Source of the DNA: Candidatus Binatia bacterium
GTDB lineage: Bacteria > Desulfobacterota > Binatia > UBA1149 > CAITLU01
Direction of reading: 5' to 3'
Length of the DNA: 51,367 nt
Assembly: GCA_046260515.1 (NCBI GenBank)
Contig: JBHEPB010000041.1
Location: forward strand, 1 to 51,367
In this document: positions 1 through 11,663 of the stretch, in pieces
Layout: each line of letters starts with the position of its first letter
Position numbering within the stretch: position 1 is the stretch's first letter
Position numbers and translations under genes: made by a program
Notes under the pieces: model-generated
Told to the model about the DNA's origin: nothing
The model's input: only the letters and a program-made list of their open reading frames with translations
The model's database searches: none

Positions 1-1961
1 GCCCAGCCGGAAGTCGGCAGCTCGTCGTTGTAGGCGGCGGTCTTGTCCTGGCGCGCTGCCCACACCACCTCGACGGCGTTCTGCCAGTTGCCGGGCCGAT
101 GCCCGAGGGCGAAAAGCCCGCGCAGGGGCGCGATGCGGTAGAGATTGTCGTCGCGGTCGCGGTCGCGGCCGCGCACGTAGCTCATCCAGCCGTCCAGGGT
201 GAAGTGCGCGCCGAGGTCGAGGGCTCCCGAAACGTCGATGCCGTAGAGATCGGCGCGGTCGAGGTTCTGGTACTGCAGCACCGTGCCCATGCCGTAGGGC
301 ACCGGCACGCCCTGGATGTAGTCGCTGACGAAGTTGTAGTAGGGCGTCGTCCGCAAGCGCCAGCGGCTCCCCTGCCAGTCGGCGGTCAGCGAAAGCAGGT
401 GGGAGGTCTCGGGATCGAGGTCGAGGTTGCCGATGTAGGTGCGGCCGTCGGCCTGCCCGGCGTTCGCGGCGAGCGGCGTCCACAAGTAGCGCTCGAGGAG
501 GCTGGGGGAGCGGTTCTTGCGCGCGAAGCCGAGTTCCCAGGCGCCGGCCCTGGTCGTCGTCAGGCGCAAGGTCGCGGTCACGTCGAAGTTCGGGTCCACG
601 AAGTCGTGGCCGCGCGCGTTGAACGCAGCGGCGTCGGCGGGCGCCGTGCCCATGGGGTTGAAGCGCCGGATGTCGGCGGCGTCGCTCAGCACCGTGTCGT
701 TGCGCACGCCGACCACCGACTTCCAGCGCGACGACCAGTCCGTCTGCCACTCGCCGTAGGTGCCGATGCGCGCCCTCCAGGCGTTGCGGAACGTGTCCTG
801 CTGCATCCCCGTCATCGCGTTCTGCTGGTAGACGTCCATCCGGTTCAGGTGGAACCCGGTGCCCACGCGGAAGGTGCTGCGTCCGTGCGGCAGCGTGGCG
901 TCCACGCCGGCGCCGGTGTCGTCGCTGGCCGCGTCGGAGAACATTTGCATCGCTCCCGGCGCCAGCGGCCTCATGGAGTAGTTGTCCATCAGGTGGTCGA
1001 TCGTGTTGTGGTAAACGAGGCCGCGAAGCGTGCCGAAGCCCAGCGTCAGGTCACCGTCGAAGGCCATGCGGAGTCCGTCGTCCTCGATCATGTCCATGGG
1101 CAGGGCCGGCGTGCCCGCGTCGCGGGTGCTCAGCACAGCGACTTCGGCGCCCCACAGCCCGCTGCCGCCGCCGCTGCGGTAGTCCGAACGCACGGTGTGC
1201 TGCTGGGTTTCGTACCCACTGGCACGGACGCGACCTCCCGGATAGCGCAGATCGTCGCCCTCCTCCCGCGTGCCGTGGTAACGCAGGCTGATGTCGTCGG
1301 TGGCGGCGCCGACGCCGCCGTGCACGCCGTAGCCCTCGTTGCTGCCGCGGTAGTGGGAGCCGGCCCGCGCGCTCCATCGCGTGGCGCCGTCGGCCGCGAA
1401 CACGGGCGCCGCCGAGTCGACGAGCACGCTTCCGCCGATGCTGTCGCCGCCGAGGCTCACGGGCGTGATGCCCGCCATCACCGTCATCGACTCCACGTCG
1501 GACGGAGCGGCGTAGTGCAGGGGAGGGTCCATGTGGTTGGGACAGGCCGGAGTGACGGTTGCGCCGTCCAGGGTCACCTTGACCCGGTCTCCGCCCAGGC
1601 CGCGAAGCTGGACGATGCCGGTCTGGGCGCCGTTGCGGATGACCGCCGCCCCCGGCACGCCCTGCAGCATTGCGCCGGCGTCGGCGCCGCGCGATGTGGA
1701 GGCCGCGGTGGGACGAACGGTTTCGGTCGCCAGGGGGGATGGCTCGTGAGGCGGCTGCGCGGACTGGTCACCCTCGACGAGAATCGGGGGCAGGCCTGCG
1801 GCCTCGCCGGACGGAGTGGCCGACTCGGTAGTCTCCGAGCCGGTGTCTTCTGTGCGCGGGGCTGGGTCGGCGTCTTGCGCGGAGGCATCGAAAGCCGACA
1901 GCAGGGTCGCCAGGACCACGGCTGCCGCCGGCAGGGATCGTTTCAAGGTTCTGCATTTCAC
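1..1961 (-). CDS. TonB-dependent outer-membrane receptor; the 3' end runs off the left window edge
   Basis: Absent from the ORF track because the frame is open to the window edge. Hand translation of the minus strand from GTG 1961 (alternative TTG 1946) gives the signal peptide VKCRTLKRSLPAAAVVLATLLSAFDASAQD. A plug domain follows (GIVQLRGLGGDRVKVTLDG, MTVMAGITPVSLGGDSIGGSVLVDS). A long barrel follows that (RSPSLLERYLW, NLDRADLYGIDVSG). The frame stays open to base 1. Confidence 0.85.
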   Translation of the reverse strand, partial: MKCRTLKRSLPAAAVVLATLLSAFDASAQDADPAPRTEDTGSETTESATPSGEAAGLPPILVEGDQSAQPPHEPSPLATETVRPTAASTSRGADAGAMLQGVPGAAVIRNGAQTGIVQLRGLGGDRVKVTLDGATVTPACPNHMDPPLHYAAPSDVESMTVMAGITPVSLGGDSIGGSVLVDSAAPVFAADGATRWSARAGSHYRGSNEGYGVHGGVGAATDDISLRYHGTREEGDDLRYPGGRVRASGYETQQHTVRSDYRSGGGSGLWGAEVAVLSTRDAGTPALPMDMIEDDGLRMAFDGDLTLGFGTLRGLVYHNTIDHLMDNYSMRPLAPGAMQMFSDAASDDTGAGVDATLPHGRSTFRVGTGFHLNRMDVYQQNAMTGMQQDTFRNAWRARIGTYGEWQTDWSSRWKSVVGVRNDTVLSDAADIRRFNPMGTAPADAAAFNARGHDFVDPNFDVTATLRLTTTRAGAWELGFARKNRSPSLLERYLWTPLAANAGQADGRTYIGNLDLDPETSHLLSLTADWQGSRWRLRTTPYYNFVSDYIQGVPVPYGMGTVLQYQNLDRADLYGIDVSGALDLGAHFTLDGWMSYVRGRDRDRDDNLYRIAPLRGLFALGHRPGNWQNAVEVVWAARQDKTAAYNDELPTSGW

Positions 1962-2084
1962 GGACGAACTCCATTGCGCCTGCCCGCGCGCGATCGCATC
2001 GCTGCACGGGGCGAGAAAGGACGCAGGGCGGCACCGCAGGCACGGCGGTGCGCTCGCGAGGTGAGAGGCGGAGGGCGGGGGAGT

Positions 2085-2489
2085 TCAGGCCGTGCGGGGA
2101 GGGGGATCCGGGGGAACGGAAATGAAGTCGGCGGGTCGGACCGGGAGTGCCACGGCGAGCGCGCGGGAGTCGCGGGATGGATCGCCGCAGGGGAAGGAAG
2201 GCACCGCCATCCACTGCCGCGGCGAGGGATCGCTGCTCGCGATGGCCGAAGGCTGCCGTTCTTTGTCGCGCCCGGCCTGGATCTGGTGACACATCGAGCA
2301 GGCGTGCTCGCGATCAAAGGTCCGGTCGATCGCGGTCACCAGGGTGTCGGTGCGCACGTTGTCGAGGAACATCTTCGTCCAGGCCACCGACTGCAGTACC
2401 ATCCAGTGGCCGCCGCTCGCGAGGAACATCGCCAGCAAGGAAGCCGAGAGACCGGACAGGCGCAAGGCGCGTTTCACGGAAGATCGCAT
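2085..2489 (-). CDS. small membrane protein with an H-x-C-x-x-C-H motif, directly upstream of the TonB-dependent receptor
   Basis: 134-aa ORF. It has an N-terminal hydrophobic segment (LSASLLAMFLASGGHWMVLQSVAW) followed by FDREHACSMCHQI. It is on the same strand as the receptor gene, 123 nt upstream of it. No family name is assigned. Confidence 0.55.
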   Translation of the reverse strand: MRSSVKRALRLSGLSASLLAMFLASGGHWMVLQSVAWTKMFLDNVRTDTLVTAIDRTFDREHACSMCHQIQAGRDKERQPSAIASSDPSPRQWMAVPSFPCGDPSRDSRALAVALPVRPADFISVPPDPPPRTA

Positions 2490-2717
2490 CGCAGCGAAGC
2501 GATCGTAGGGCCGGAGGTCCCGAAGTCAATTTGCGGGTCAGCAAGGATGCGTCGTGGTTGTGGATGCCGTGCCTGCCCAAGGTCCGCGAAAGGAGAGCGG
2601 CTTCGAACAAGAGGTCTTCGGCCGTCTCGAAGTACAAGTTGGCGGAGATCGGGGTCACGCCCGGAACGCCGCCACCCCGACCGAAGATTGACACGAACCC
2701 GGTGCTGCCGTACCTCC

Positions 2718-2736
2718 GAAATTGAACATCGTTTTC
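2718..2736. promoter_or_regulatory. candidate Fur box upstream of feoA
   Basis: GAAATTGAACATCGTTTTC matches the 19-nt Fur consensus GATAATGATAATCATTATC at 13 of 19 positions by hand count. It lies 14 nt upstream of the feoA ATG, in an AT-richer patch. A TTGACA hexamer sits at 2689-2694. Confidence 0.3.
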
Positions 2737-2749
2737 AGAACGGCAGGTC

Positions 2750-3045
2750 ATGGTCACCCTTCTTTCCCAGCTTCCCCTGCGCAGTCGCGCCAAGGTCCTC
2801 CGGGTCGGGGGCCAGCCCGGCTTTCGGCGCCGCCTGATGGAGTTCGGCCTGGTGCCGGGGACCACGGTGGAAGTGGTGAGGGTGGCTCCCCTCGGCGACC
2901 CCGTCCAGCTTCTGGTGCGCGGCTGCCGGCTTTCCATCCGCCGCGCCGAAGCGGCCGAAGTGACTGTATTTTCTGGTGAATTGACGGACGCCCTGACGCC
3001 GGAAGCCGACAACCCGGGAGGCAGCGCCTGCGCGGGCTGCCGCTC

Positions 3046-3049
<4 letters not shown>
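2750..3049 (+). CDS. feoA: ferrous iron transport protein A (FeoA)
   Basis: 99-aa small SH3-like protein (RVGGQPGFRRRLMEFGLVPGTTVEVVRVAPLGDPVQL). Its stop overlaps the feoB GTG start (GTGA). Confidence 0.9.
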
Positions 3050-5232
<2,183 letters not shown>

Positions 5233-5280
5233 TGCCCGTGGCCGGGCTGGGCTGACGGGCTTGGCCGGGCCGGTGTTCCG

Positions 5281-7017
5281 ATGCGGCTGCTCCCGCGCTA
5301 TCACCGCACCGTGAAGTTCGCGGTGCTCGCCCTGGCGGCGCTCCATGCCGCCGTCTTCGGCTTCTACACCTGCCTCCAGCACGAGCGCTTCCGCACCTTC
5401 GCCTACGACCTCGGCACCTTCGACCAGGGAATCTGGCTGGCGGGCCAGGGCGGCGACCTGTTCGTGACGGTGCGCGGCCTCCACCTTCTCGGCGACCACG
5501 TCCGTCTCTTCTCCTTCGTGCTGGCGCCGCTGTACTGGGCCTGGGACGACGTGAGGGCCCTTCTCGTCCTGCAGTCGGTGGTCATCGCCGCCGGGGCCTT
5601 CTTTCTCGCACGACTGGCTTCACGCGAACTGCCGGGAAGGCCGTGGCTGGTGCTGGCCCTGGTGGCCGGCTACCTGCTGCATCCCGCGGTCCAGAACCTC
5701 AACCTCGACCACGCCCATCCCGACGCTTTTGCGACGACCTTGCTGCTTGCCTGCCTCGACTTCCTGAGGGCCGGGCGCCTGCTGCCCTTCTCCATCGCGG
5801 CGGCACTGGCGATGTCGTGCAAGGAAGACGTGCCCTTGGTCTTCGTGGCCCTGGGATTCGCGTTGATGCTGGATCCGCGGCAGCGCCGCGTCGGCGCGGT
5901 GCTGGCGGCGGTCGCGGGAACTTACTTCGCGATGTGCATCGGCGTCATCCTGCCGGCCTTCAACGGCGTCGGTTTTTTCCGTACCGGCAGCCGCGGCTTC
6001 TTCGCGGGGCTCGGCAGCCACGCGATGGACCCCTCCTGGCTGCTCGCGCGACTCTTTCGCCCAGAGAGCGCCGACTACCTGTTCTCACTCGGGGCGCCGA
6101 ACCTCTTTCTCTTCCTCCTCTCGCCCTTGTCCGCGGTCCCGGCCCTGCCGGCCCTGGCCGCCAACCTGCTTTCGGACGCTTCCTACCCGCGCGACCTCCA
6201 CTACCACTACCAGACCTCGATCCTGCCCTTTCTCTACCTGGCTACCATCGACACTCTGGCCAGGTTCCAGCGCGCGCGAGACGATGAGAAGCCCCAGGCC
6301 AGCGACGGTCGCGGCTCGCGATGGAGCAGCGCCTTGCTGTTCGCCTTGCCCGCGCTGCTGTTCGCCGCTGCGCTGGCGGCCAACGCGCGTTGGAGCCGTC
6401 TTCCCCTGCCCGAAGTCCCTGCGAAGATCCGTGAAGCGGCCGCTTCCCTGAAGAGCGACCAGCGCATCGCCCGCCTGCATCGCCTGGTGGATGGCATCCC
6501 CGCTGACGCGGTGGTCTCGGCCCACTACACGCTCGTTCCCCACCTCAGCCACCGAAGGGGAATCTACCTTTTCCCCAATCCCTTCGAGGTGAGCGAGTGG
6601 GGAATCGCCGGCGAACATCCCCATGATCCCGAGTCGGTGGACTATATTTTCGTGCAGGACGCATTGGGCCACGAAAGGGCGACGCCGATGGCCGCCACGA
6701 TCGCCGAGCGTTACGGACTGGAGCCCATCGAGAGGGACAACTGGGTGGCCCTCTACGCAAGGCCGCTTCCAGCTGCCGATGCCACCTGCGGCGACTGGGA
6801 CGGCGACGGCAGCATCGACGCCGAGGACCAGCGCCGCATCGGCGCCGCCGTGCTGCGCTCGCGGGGCTGCCCCCTGCATGTGTGCGACGCCGACGGCGAC
6901 GGCGCGGTACGCGCGGCCGACGTGATGCGCATCGGCAAGCGCGTGGGTGATCCGGCCGCGATGCTGCGGTGTCCGCCGCGGCGACCGGGGCCTGAGCGTC
7001 CGGCAGCGATGCGGTGA
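5281..7017 (+). CDS. DUF2079-type polytopic membrane protein with a C-terminal dockerin-like (two D-x-D-x-D-G loops) extension
   Basis: N-terminus FRTFAYDLGTFDQGIWL plus many TM segments, as in the DUF2079 family. The tail reads CGDWDGDGSIDAEDQRRIG...CDADGDGAVRAADVMRIGKRV. Confidence 0.8.
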   Translation: MRLLPRYHRTVKFAVLALAALHAAVFGFYTCLQHERFRTFAYDLGTFDQGIWLAGQGGDLFVTVRGLHLLGDHVRLFSFVLAPLYWAWDDVRALLVLQSVVIAAGAFFLARLASRELPGRPWLVLALVAGYLLHPAVQNLNLDHAHPDAFATTLLLACLDFLRAGRLLPFSIAAALAMSCKEDVPLVFVALGFALMLDPRQRRVGAVLAAVAGTYFAMCIGVILPAFNGVGFFRTGSRGFFAGLGSHAMDPSWLLARLFRPESADYLFSLGAPNLFLFLLSPLSAVPALPALAANLLSDASYPRDLHYHYQTSILPFLYLATIDTLARFQRARDDEKPQASDGRGSRWSSALLFALPALLFAAALAANARWSRLPLPEVPAKIREAAASLKSDQRIARLHRLVDGIPADAVVSAHYTLVPHLSHRRGIYLFPNPFEVSEWGIAGEHPHDPESVDYIFVQDALGHERATPMAATIAERYGLEPIERDNWVALYARPLPAADATCGDWDGDGSIDAEDQRRIGAAVLRSRGCPLHVCDADGDGAVRAADVMRIGKRVGDPAAMLRCPPRRPGPERPAAMR

Positions 7018-7138
7018 CCGCGGCGTGAGCAACCGGCAGCGACGCGGCAAGCGCCCCGTCGCAGGTGGCCCGGGGTCGACTGGCGCCGGCCCTTCGCGTA
7101 GACGGGGCCAACATCGTTCGCGTTTCCCGGAGGACACC

Positions 7139-8263
7139 GTGCTATCGAAGTTCGACGACTACCCCATCCACCAGACTCCCGAGCCCGTCGCCCACCCGGC
7201 CTCCAGCGACCGCAACGTGTACGACCGCTACTGGTTCAACGGCTACGCCGCCGACGGCGAGTTCTACTTCGGAATCGGGATGGGTCTCTATCCCCACCGC
7301 GGCATCCTCGACTGCGGCTTCTCCATCGTGCGCGACGGCGAGCAGCACAGCTTCCACGCTTCGCGCCGAGCGCCCACCGAACCCACCGACACCACCGTGG
7401 GTCCCTTCTCGATCGACGTCGTCGAGCCGATGCGCAAGCTGCGCGTAAAGCTGGAGCCCAACACCACCGGAATCGAAGCCGACCTCGAGTTCATCGCGCG
7501 CACCGCCTGCGTGGAGGAAGGACGCCAGACCAAGCGCTACGGCCAGCGCATCTACATGGACGCCACGCGCTTCGCCCAGTACGGGCGCTGGCAGGGCACC
7601 ATCCGCTACGACGGCAAGACGCTGGCGATCGACCGCGGCCGCGTCTTCGGCACCAAGGACCGTTCGTGGGGCATCCGTCCGGTGGGCGCGCCGGAGCTGG
7701 ACGGGGCGCCGCGAATGGAAATGCCCCAGTTCTTCTTCCTGTGGGCGCCCATCCAGTGGAAGCAGCGCTGCACCCACTTCGCGACCTTCGAGGAATCGGA
7801 CGGCAAGGCCTGGCACCAGGACGGCGCCCTCGTTCCCGCCTACGAGACTCCCGAGGACATCCCCGGCGTGAACGACGCGGGCATCCAGTACATGGCCCGC
7901 GTGGAGCACCGCCTTCACTACGTGCCCGGCACCCGCCGCACGTCGAGGGCCGAGATCGCGCTCGTCGAGCGCAGCGGCGCCCGCCACGAGATCGCCCTCG
8001 AGTCGCTGCTCACCTTCCAGATGAAGGGCATCGGCTACCAGCATCCGGAGTGGGGCCACGGCCACTGGAAGGGCGAGCTGGCCATTGCCGGCGAGTCCTG
8101 GAAGTCGGCCGACATCGATCCCCTGGCCTTCGAGAACCTCCACACCCAGCAGGTGGTGCGCGCCCGCATGGGCGACGAAGAAGGCGTGGGCGTGCTCGAA
8201 CAGATAGCGATCGGCCCCCACCAGCCGTCGGGACTCCAGGGCTTCATGGAAGGGGCGGAGTAG
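7139..8263 (+). CDS. conserved hypothetical protein
   Basis: Track ORF 6947-8263. Its 5' part overlaps the previous gene. GTG 7139 is preceded by GGAGGA (7128-7133) and gives VLSKFDDYPIHQTPEPV...YDRYWFNGY. The composition is non-shadow-like (rich in W, Y, F, K, E). Confidence 0.7.
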   Translation: MLSKFDDYPIHQTPEPVAHPASSDRNVYDRYWFNGYAADGEFYFGIGMGLYPHRGILDCGFSIVRDGEQHSFHASRRAPTEPTDTTVGPFSIDVVEPMRKLRVKLEPNTTGIEADLEFIARTACVEEGRQTKRYGQRIYMDATRFAQYGRWQGTIRYDGKTLAIDRGRVFGTKDRSWGIRPVGAPELDGAPRMEMPQFFFLWAPIQWKQRCTHFATFEESDGKAWHQDGALVPAYETPEDIPGVNDAGIQYMARVEHRLHYVPGTRRTSRAEIALVERSGARHEIALESLLTFQMKGIGYQHPEWGHGHWKGELAIAGESWKSADIDPLAFENLHTQQVVRARMGDEEGVGVLEQIAIGPHQPSGLQGFMEGAE

Positions 8264-8269
8264 GCGAGT

Positions 8270-9583
8270 CTAGGCCCGCGTGAGATTCCTCAGTCTCCAC
8301 ATCAGCACCGTCACCGACAGGAAACTCGCGACGACGATGGCTTCCATGAGGCCGGCCACGCCGCGGCCCATGTACTCGCCGAGCCACCAGGCCAGGGGCG
8401 GCATCACGACCACGTAGGAGAGAACGTGGCTGGCCGTCGGCAACCAGTTGTCGCCGCGGGCGCGAAGGGCGCCGGCCACCACCACCTGTCCGCCGTCGGG
8501 CACCAGCACCAGGGCGGCCACCGGCATCAGCGAAGCCACCAGCGCGGCGAGCGCGGCATCGGAGGTTAGGGCGCCGGCGATCCAGCCGCTGGCCACGAGC
8601 AGCAGCGCGCCGCAGGTCAGCATCGCGGCGGTGTTGAGGCCGAGGCCGGACCAGGCGATGCGGCCCGTTTCTGCGCTGTCGCGTCTTCCCCAGGCTTCCG
8701 CCACCAGCACGGCGGTGGCCGCCGTCATGCCGAGGGCGATCATGAAGACAACGGCCAGGGTATTGAGCAGCAACTGGTAAGCAGCGACAGCCTCGGCGCC
8801 GATGCGGCCGGCGATCAGCGTCAGCGACGAGAAGGCCCCTGCTTCTGCGAGCTGGCTCACCGCAGCCGCCGAGCCCACGCCGAGCAGGGCCCGATAGCTC
8901 GGCGCGTGCGGTGCGCGGCTTCGCGAACCATGCGCGCGCCCCGCCGACGACGTGAGGATCCACGCCGCCAGCGCAACGAAGAGAAAGACGCGCCCGCCCA
9001 CCGTGGACCAAGCCGATCCGCGTGCGCCGAGGGTGGGCACGAGCCACAGGTTGAGCGCGAGGTTCACGACGTTGGCCGCCCAGATGACGATGGTGCCGGC
9101 CATCGGCCTCTGGATGGCCTCCACGAAAAAGGTGCAGCACACGTAGCCGAAGTGCAGAGCGAGGCTGAGGCCGAGAATGGCCGACACCTCGGCGCTCGCC
9201 TTGGCCAGCGCCGGTTCGATGCCGGTGAGCACGAGCACGCTTTCGGTGAGCGTGGCCAGGCCGGCGGCGCTCACCACGCCCGCCAGGACCGCCAGCACGA
9301 GGCCGCGCCGCCACACCGCGCCGGCGTCGTCCGGGCGACCTTGTCCCACCGCTCGCGCCGACAGCACCTGCACGCCCATGAGAAGACCGATGCCGGTCAC
9401 GAGCAGCACGCCGGTCGGCGCCCATCCGAGGGCGAGGGCGGGGAGATCGGCGGGCGCGAGCTGGCCCACCACGATGGTGTCGGCGATGCCCATGCCCATG
9501 ATGCCGAGGCGAGCGAGAGCGACCGGCGCGGCGATGCGCGTCAGCGATCGGACGAGGCTGGAAAGACTTCTTCTACCCGGCAT
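8270..9583 (-). CDS. MATE family efflux transporter
   Basis: 437 aa with about 12 TM segments. The N-terminus SLTRIAAPVALARLGIMGMGIADTIVVGQL is typical of MATE pumps. Confidence 0.85.
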   Translation of the reverse strand: MPGRRSLSSLVRSLTRIAAPVALARLGIMGMGIADTIVVGQLAPADLPALALGWAPTGVLLVTGIGLLMGVQVLSARAVGQGRPDDAGAVWRRGLVLAVLAGVVSAAGLATLTESVLVLTGIEPALAKASAEVSAILGLSLALHFGYVCCTFFVEAIQRPMAGTIVIWAANVVNLALNLWLVPTLGARGSAWSTVGGRVFLFVALAAWILTSSAGRAHGSRSRAPHAPSYRALLGVGSAAAVSQLAEAGAFSSLTLIAGRIGAEAVAAYQLLLNTLAVVFMIALGMTAATAVLVAEAWGRRDSAETGRIAWSGLGLNTAAMLTCGALLLVASGWIAGALTSDAALAALVASLMPVAALVLVPDGGQVVVAGALRARGDNWLPTASHVLSYVVVMPPLAWWLGEYMGRGVAGLMEAIVVASFLSVTVLMWRLRNLTRA

Positions 9584-9759
9584 GGCTGCGACCGTGAACC
9601 GGCGCTTGTAACCCCGCCCGCGCCGCTTTGCGAAACCAAAGGCGAGAACTCTCCGGAGCCGGGAAATGTCGCGCGCGTCACCCGCGCGGCGCCGCTTCTT
9701 TCGTCGCCGCGGTGCCCGCGCTACACGTCAGCTTCGTCTTGGGACAGAAGGGAAATTCG

Positions 9760-10596
9760 ATGTCGAAACTCGTGCCGGCTCCGCCGCTTCCAAAAAGTGT
9801 CTTCGCGCCCGACCTGCTGGCGGGCCGGGTGGCGCTGGTGTCCGGCGCGGCCGGCGGTCTCGGCCGCGCCATTTCCCAGGGGCTCGCCGACGCCGGCGCC
9901 GATTTGCTGCTGACCGGCCGCGACATGGACAAGCTCGATGCCTTTGCGGCCGAGCTTCGCGCTCGCACCGACCGCCGCGTCGAGACAGGCCAGGTGGACA
10001 TCCGCAACCGCGAAACGGTGGAGGCCCTGCGCGAGCGCGCGGGCCAGCTGTTCCCGCGCATCGACATCCTGGTGAACAATGCCGGCGGCCAGTTCGCGCA
10101 GCCGGCCCGCGACTACAAGCCCAAGGGCTGGAACGCGGTGATCGACACCAACCTGACGGGCACCTGGAACATGACCCAGGTCTTTGGCGTGCCCATGCTC
10201 GACGGCGAGGGCGGCTCCATCGTCAACGTCATCGCGGTGGTGGGCCGCGGTTTTCCCGGTATCGCGCACACCAGTGCCGCACGCGCCGGTGTGCTCGAAC
10301 TCTCGCGCACCCTGGCCTTCGAGTGGGGCCCCAAGGTGCGCATCAACTGCGTGGCGCCGGGAGCCGTGCAGACGGCGGCCTTCGAGGCCACCTACCACCC
10401 CGACATCCTGAAACTGAGCGAGGGCATCCCCAACCCGCGGCCCGGGCGTCCCGAGGAAGTTTCCTACGCGGTCACCTTCCTGGCCTCGCCGGCCGCAGCC
10501 TGGATCACCGGCGAAGTCCTCTACGTGGCCGGAGGCCAGCAGATCTACGGGAACAATCAGGCCCTCTTCGACGAGGCTCTCGGGCGGCCGTCGTGA
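9760..10596 (+). CDS. SDR family oxidoreductase
   Basis: Internal ATG of track ORF 9628-10596. MSKLVP...VALVSGAAGGLGRAI contains the Rossmann glycine motif and is followed by NNAG. The stop overlaps a possible GTG start of the next gene. Confidence 0.85.
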   Translation: MSKLVPAPPLPKSVFAPDLLAGRVALVSGAAGGLGRAISQGLADAGADLLLTGRDMDKLDAFAAELRARTDRRVETGQVDIRNRETVEALRERAGQLFPRIDILVNNAGGQFAQPARDYKPKGWNAVIDTNLTGTWNMTQVFGVPMLDGEGGSIVNVIAVVGRGFPGIAHTSAARAGVLELSRTLAFEWGPKVRINCVAPGAVQTAAFEATYHPDILKLSEGIPNPRPGRPEEVSYAVTFLASPAAAWITGEVLYVAGGQQIYGNNQALFDEALGRPS

Positions 10597-10610
10597 ACGC
10601 GGACGTGACC

Positions 10611-11564
10611 ATGCAGCTTCGCGCCCTCGACGCCGACGTGTACACCTGCCTGCAGCCGGATCGCGGCTTCGGCTGGAGCAATTCGGGCCTCATCGCCCGC
10701 GGCGGCGGCCTGGTGGTGGACACCTTCTGGGACCTGCCGCGCACACAGGCCATGCTCGACCTCTACGCCGGCGTGCATCCGGACGCGCCGCGCCGCGTGG
10801 TCAACACACATCACAACGGCGACCACTGCTGGGGCAACCAGCTGTGCATCGGCGCCGAGATCATCGGCCACCGCCGCTGTGCCGAGGCCATGCGCACCGA
10901 CATTTCGCCGGAGGTGATGCAGCGCCTCGGCGACACGACGTCGCCCCTGCCGGGCCTCGAGCGCTTCGCCAAGGCCCTGTCCGACTACGATTTCAGCGGT
11001 ATAGTCGTCACGCCGCCGACGACGCTGTTCGAGGAAGGGCTTAGCCTGGACCTCGATGGGCTGCGCGTGGACGTGCTGTACGTGGGGCCGGCCCACACCG
11101 TCGGCGATTCCATCGTCCACCTGCCCGAGCGCGGCATCCTGTTCGGCGGCGACGTGCTGTGGAACGGCTGCACGCCCATTGGCTGGGAAGGCAGCTACGC
11201 GCAGTGGTACGCCGCTCTCGACCGCGTGATCGCGCTGGCGCCCGACATCGTGGTGCCCGGCCACGGCGGCCTCACCGATACCGCGGGCGTGAAGCTGCTG
11301 CGGAGCTACTTCGAGTACGTCGAGGCCGAGTGCAAAGGCTTCTTCGAGGCGGGGCTCGACGAGATGGAGGCGGCCAAGCGCATCGACCTCGGGCCCTACG
11401 CGGCCTGGACCGAACCGGAGCGCGTCATCTTCAACGTGAGGCGGGCTTACCGGGAGCTGAGGGGCGAGGGCTGGGACGCCCACATCGACGTGCTGGACCT
11501 GCTGAGGGAGATGGCCGTGCTCGGCGAGTTCTACGACGCCCGCCGCCGTACCCAGGCGCGTTGA
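10611..11564 (+). CDS. MBL-fold metallo-hydrolase
   Basis: The real part of track ORF 9666-11564. It carries VVNTHHNGDHCWGN (H-x-H-x-D-H). An alternative GTG start at 10593 overlaps the SDR stop. Confidence 0.8.
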   Translation: MQLRALDADVYTCLQPDRGFGWSNSGLIARGGGLVVDTFWDLPRTQAMLDLYAGVHPDAPRRVVNTHHNGDHCWGNQLCIGAEIIGHRRCAEAMRTDISPEVMQRLGDTTSPLPGLERFAKALSDYDFSGIVVTPPTTLFEEGLSLDLDGLRVDVLYVGPAHTVGDSIVHLPERGILFGGDVLWNGCTPIGWEGSYAQWYAALDRVIALAPDIVVPGHGGLTDTAGVKLLRSYFEYVEAECKGFFEAGLDEMEAAKRIDLGPYAAWTEPERVIFNVRRAYRELRGEGWDAHIDVLDLLREMAVLGEFYDARRRTQAR

Positions 11565-11663
11565 GCATCGCGACACGGCGCGCTCAACTCCGCGCCACCA
11601 CCGGCTGGCGATGGGCCCGCCGCGCGCCGGGCGCCACGTGCGGGGCACCGCCAACGCGGCCGC

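Noticed and set aside
99-2837. 912-aa plus-strand ORF covering the first 2.8 kb
   Set aside because: It has an Arg/Ala/Gly/Val-rich low-complexity translation with no motifs. It is antisense to a minus-strand frame that translates into an unmistakable TonB-dependent receptor (signal peptide, plug, barrel). This is a classic high-GC shadow ORF.
9666-10610. Upstream half of track ORF 9666-11564, which would fuse the SDR region to the MBL hydrolase
   Set aside because: It is an out-of-frame overlap of the SDR gene and is Arg/Gly/Pro-rich. The MBL hydrolase begins at 10611, or at 10593.
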